A stretch of 64,000 nucleotides of DNA, from positions 124,001 to 188,000 of the forward strand of contig NIVC01000269.1 of assembly GCA_002269645.1 (NCBI GenBank), read 5' to 3'. The position numbers and the translations under genes were made by a program. The notes beneath the pieces were generated by a model. It saw only the letters and a program-made list of their open reading frames with translations, searched no databases and was not told the origin of the DNA. Position 1 is the stretch's first letter. Each line of letters starts with the position of its first letter. Shown here piece by piece: positions 62,701-64,000 of the stretch. Source of the stretch: Macrostomum lignano. Taxonomy: Eukaryota.

Positions 62701-64000
62701 GTTCTCGCAGGCCTCGTTACTGCTTTCGCTTTCGCCAACATCAGGTATTCGTGTTTTGCTTTGGGGCACTAATGTTAGATTTAGAAATATCATATGTCAA
62801 TGTTTTGAAAAAAAGAAATATATTAATATACTGCATTATATATTATACGAGCTAAACAAAGAAAAATGAAAAAAAATGCTGTCATGTGCCAAATTGGCAC
62901 CAACCTGGAGCTGGAGGGCTGCATGATATTTAAGTTAGTTTTGGGCCATTACCAAGCAATGGTTATGTATGCACTGCATTAAACTGGAACTCAATAAAAT
63001 GATAGGCAACATGCAATAAGTTAAAATTTTTACATTATGTGCAGAAAATTCATAAATTAAAACTTATAAAATGCCGTATAACTTTATACAATTCTTCATA
63101 TTTTATTATTCTTGAGTGTTTTTGTCCTCAGCATTATTGGCACTGGTCTTGTTGTCACTTGATATAATGGCCATGCAGGAAGCCTGGCGAAATTTTTGAT
63201 TTCGCTATGTCTGCGCTACCAAGCTAGTGTTTCGCCGGCGTTTCGCCAGCTCATTTTTCACAGGGTGAGGTTTGCTCACTGTCGAGGCTTGATCAGCGAA
63301 ACTAGAGAAATTCGCGATCAGGTGTCCATAGTCCACTGGTGCCACATGTTGAATGTCCAGAAGCTCCGCCTGGGTGACCAACGAAGTCAGAGCTGATGCA
63401 GACACATGTGGTCGACGTGCTACTGAAATTTGAAAGCTTGGCGAGGCCGCACTGAGGCATAGTGCTGATTGGCGCACAGGGGTGTACTGAATACACTGGC
63501 GCGGATGGGAAAAATCTGACAGAATCGTTGAATATCTCGACAGTCCAGAGGGCTGGCGACTTGATTCTTGTTTGAGAAGGTGTGGAAAAAAATGTTAGCT
63601 CGGGTTCTTGAATTTCGCGTGACTGCGTTGCCATACATACGCAACCTCCAAATTCAGTCGGCCGTGCAACCTAGTTTTAAGCAAGAAATGCGACTTATTT
63701 TTAAACCAAAAATGCAACTTACTTGGGGTCGCGACAGTAAAGGACTTTTTTTGGGGGAGGGATCGTGACAAAAATGATCCTTTTTTGAGGTCCCGTTAAA
63801 AACAGCCTTCTGTTGTTTTGTTTTAATGTAAGTACATTAATACAATTCTAACTTTCCTTCTTTCTTTTCCATTTTTCTATACCTTACACTTTAACCTCAG
63901 GTGTCCTCAGGACTTCGCTTCCTGATTGGCTCCTTGCTACCGACGAGGAATGCTAAATGAATTGAACACGAAAAAACCTCTGCTGGGCAGCTGGGGTACA

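Overview
Eukaryotic (animal) genomic DNA with GT-AG spliced genes and about 30 micro- and minisatellite arrays. The overall style suggests a free-living flatworm such as Macrostomum, but this is inference only. Genes reconstructed by hand from splice sites: (1) a secreted PAN/apple + ALK/LTK-type glycine-rich-domain protein (minus, 2980 to ~730, probably continuing past the window start); (2) an intronless C-type-lectin-domain membrane protein (minus, 4848-5573); (3) a secreted, very Arg/Lys-rich coiled-coil protein (minus, 9405-7437, with a frame break); (4) a TATA-driven 143-aa six-Cys secreted prepropeptide (plus, 13993-15240), whose first intron is a tandem array of copies of its own 3' splice junction; (5) an SLC35A4-like nucleotide-sugar transporter (minus, 25888-21177); (6) a TRPC/TRP-gamma-type channel (plus, 38654-57040, 12 coding exons). 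One TRPC intron hosts an antisense 7-exon EGF-less Delta-like (MNNL/C2 + DSL) membrane protein gene with a single in-frame TGA, and another hosts a possible secreted ORF. Mobile DNA: a decayed THAP9/P-element transposase interrupted by a 5'-deleted Ty3/Gypsy element (one LTR, open pol frame), and a Tc1/mariner HTH remnant. Most long ORFs in the supplied track are artefacts of tandem repeats. No rRNA, tRNA or CRISPR features are supported.
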